Source: Octopus bimaculoides | Taxonomy: Eukaryota | Assembly: GCF_001194135.2 (NCBI RefSeq) | Contig: NC_068987.1 | Coordinates: 97,508,467 to 97,557,723, forward strand | Reading direction: 5' to 3' | DNA: 49,257 nucleotides | Shown here: positions 46,748 to 49,257 of the stretch, piece by piece | Numbering within the stretch: position 1 is the stretch's first letter | Layout of the letters: each line of letters opens with the position of its first letter | Translations under genes and position numbers: made by a program | Notes under the pieces: model-generated | Databases searched by the model: none | What the model saw: the letters and a program-made list of their open reading frames with translations, nothing else | What the model was told of the DNA's origin: nothing

Positions 46748-47133
46748 GTGGAGGTGCAATGACCCGGTGGTTAGGGCAGCGGAATCGCAGTCATAGGATC
46801 GCGGTTTCGATTCCCAGACCGGGCGTTGTGAGTGTTTATTGAGCGAAAACACCTAAAGCTCCACGAGGCTCCAGCAGGGGATGGTGGCGAACCCTGCTGT
46901 ACTTTTTCACCACAACTTTCTCTCACTCTTTCTTCATGTTTCTGTTGTACCTGTAATTCAAAGGGCCAGCCTTGTCACACTGTGTTACGCTGAATAACTC
47001 CGAGAACTACGTTAAGGGTACACGTGTCTGTGGAGTGCTCAGCCACTTGCACGTTAATCTCACGAGCAGGCTGTTCCGTTGATCGGATCAACTGGAACCC
47101 TCGACGTCGTAAGCGACAGAGTGCCAACAACAA
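46748..47133 (+). mobile_element. SINE family A, full length, inserted in the Penelope linker
   Basis: 12-bp TSD AATCTTGACTTC at 46736-46747 and 47134-47145. Removing it rejoins NCNEVKI-NAIMKC. Confidence 0.95.
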
Positions 47134-47626
47134 AATCTTGACTTCATTACAATTCTTGATCTCTTCGATTTTGCCCTGATCAATCAAATCATGAATCTCA
47201 CAAGGAAGGTCTTCACATTCTGTTACTTGCATTATTGATTCTTTGGCCTTTGTTAAGAGTCTTTTAAGATTTGGTGGCAGTCCTCGAGTCCCAATAATTT
47301 GTGACACTTTAATGATTTTCTGCATATATGGTGACCTGTGTAAAATTGGAAAGTATCGATTAACTTAGCATGCGATCGCTTGGTTTCTGAGTTTTGGGTG
47401 AACACAAATGGAATACTTATGTTTGCATCTTCCGCTTCGTTCTGAGAGGCTCTCTGTAATTCAGGGACTGATATTGATTTCCCTTTGTGTATAATAGGAT
47501 TCATTAAGTTTTTTTTTGTGGAGCATTATTGTTTCTCGACTAATTTTCTCTTTCTCCGTCATCTGTGTCTGTAATTATTGCATATATACGTCTTGCCATA
47601 TTAAACTTTGGTATGGGATGGGTGTG

Positions 47627-48402
47627 TAACAGAATTGCATCACTATTATTTCAAAAATGGGTGCGACTGTTGAGCTCATTTCCGCACCTTTATTTCCAGG
47701 TACTGGTGGTTAGCAAAAGTGAATAGGTTGAAAATTTAGCATCAAATATAATCAATCTAATATGAATTCTTTTGAGAACTTCTCATGAATTATTTGTGGA
47801 TATTTGTCTATTTCGTATTGCAATCCTAATTCATGGGAGGCATTTGAGTGCAAAATCTGGTCGCATCCAGGTTAACTAAGTATGTGTTTGCTGGCAATAT
47901 ATTTCAGTTGTAACGTCTCATTTTTCATCACTATGAAATAGAAAGAATATACAAGTTCCCCTTCATTTATTTCCATTTTCAATTAGCACGATTCCAGAAT
48001 GTCATTGATTAATTTATGGTATCTGGTCAAGTCTTCCTTATTTCTCTTCCAAAATATGAAACTATCACCCAGCAATCATTTCTAATACTATTTTCGATAA
48101 GATTGGAAACGCTGATCAAAAATAGATATTGGCACGGACATACACTTTATCTTAACAGAATTGCATCACTATTATTTCAAAAATGGGTGCGACTGTTGAG
48201 CTCATTTCCGCACCTTTATTTCCAGGTACTGGTGGTTAGCAAAAGTGAATAGGTTGAAAATTTAGCATCAAATATAATCAATCTAATATGAATTCTTTTG
48301 AGAACTTCTCATGAATTATTTGTGGATATTTGTCTATTTCGTATTGCAATCCTAATTCATGGGAGGCATTTGAGTGCAAAATCTGGTCGCATCCAGGTTA
48401 AC
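47627..48402. repeat. 250-bp direct duplication (47627-47876 = 48153-48402)
   Basis: I found no mismatch by eye. Offset 526 bp; both copies are bounded by TAAC. Confidence 0.95.
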
Positions 48403-48611
48403 CAAGATCGTCTTTATATTTACAAATTTTAGAATGTAATCGAAAAGAATTTTCAAATCATCTCTGATCAAAATAGAAGCCAATTTGCATAATAATTTAA
48501 ACCACACAAAAACGCACACCCTAACATACATTCATTCATACATACATACATACATACATACATACATACATACACACATACACACACGTATATATATATA
48601 TATATATACAC

Positions 48612-48642
<31 letters not shown>

Positions 48643-48926
48643 CACATATACATGTATATATACATACACACACATATATATATATGTGTATATATTGTTC
48701 TTTATATATACATACATACACACACATGCCGTCTCCTGATATTTAAAGTCACATCATGCGACGTTTAATATTAAAACCATATAACTCAAAGAAGCCATAA
48801 ATAGCATGTAGGAACCCATTTTCAATCTGTCTCGTCAAAACGAAAGACTTAAAATCGAATTTGTTACTTGCATTCGATAGACTGAATTCCATAGCTTGCA
48901 TTCATCCAGAAAATGACACTGATGTA

Positions 48927-48990
<64 letters not shown>

Positions 48991-49257
48991 CATCCATCCA
49001 TCCATCCATCCATCCATCCATATTAGATCTCTCCCCGTCTAATATACGTCATCACAGAACAAGATGCACATACATTCACAAACAATGACACGCTCACACA
49101 CACACGCGCTCACACATACACATGAGCGCCTACGCGAGCGCACAAACATCTATAAATACATTCTCTTGGCACGTATTATATACAGGCTCAAATATATAAA
49201 CGAGAAAATGGATTTTTAAATCCAATCAAGAAAATAGCTCGTAGGTTATACGATATC

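Larger units (their letters stand above)
46478..48500 (-). pseudogene. Decayed Penelope-like element: RT + GIY-YIG endonuclease
   Basis: Minus strand in order: IRDDL..TILVNLDA, HELG..IDKYP, KGAEMSSTVAPIF (RT motif B), RLLGDSFIFW (degenerate YLDD), HP..FNMARRIC, RGLPPNLKRLLTKAK, CEDLPCEIH, NFIYCIT..ENFIGQT (GIY-YIG), KEHFIKIFNPKLN..*. Confidence 0.88.

Overview
Eukaryotic, AT-rich, repeat-saturated draft-assembly DNA. About 11.4 kb (about 23%) is N, in 19 gaps, almost all bounded by simple repeats. The microsatellite load and SINE families suggest a coleoid cephalopod (octopus-like); this is an inference. I see no intact protein-coding gene, rRNA, functional tRNA or CRISPR array. Most of the supplied ORF track is read-through of microsatellites and N runs. 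Recognisable content is transposon debris: (1) a full-length Tc1 DD34E element with TIRs and six nonsense codons; (2) maT (DD37D) and pogo/Tigger transposase relics; (3) CR1/Jockey-group and RTE LINE fragments; (4) a decayed Penelope-like element (RT + GIY-YIG) interrupted by a SINE and by a perfect 250-bp internal copy; (5) hAT, piggyBac-like and Helitron-like non-autonomous elements; (6) many tRNA-derived SINEs built from interchangeable modules. The most unusual signals are: a decayed type I hammerhead-ribozyme-like motif with a long helix II (18963-19078); a 239-bp palindromic element whose arms are outward-facing tRNA-like units (15251-15489); SINE module swapping around a structured shared tail; and a (GAT)n/(ATC)n fold-back with hidden 339/340-bp periodicity and a G-quadruplex near its centre (21640-22915). 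All family assignments come from manual translation and motif recognition, not database searches.
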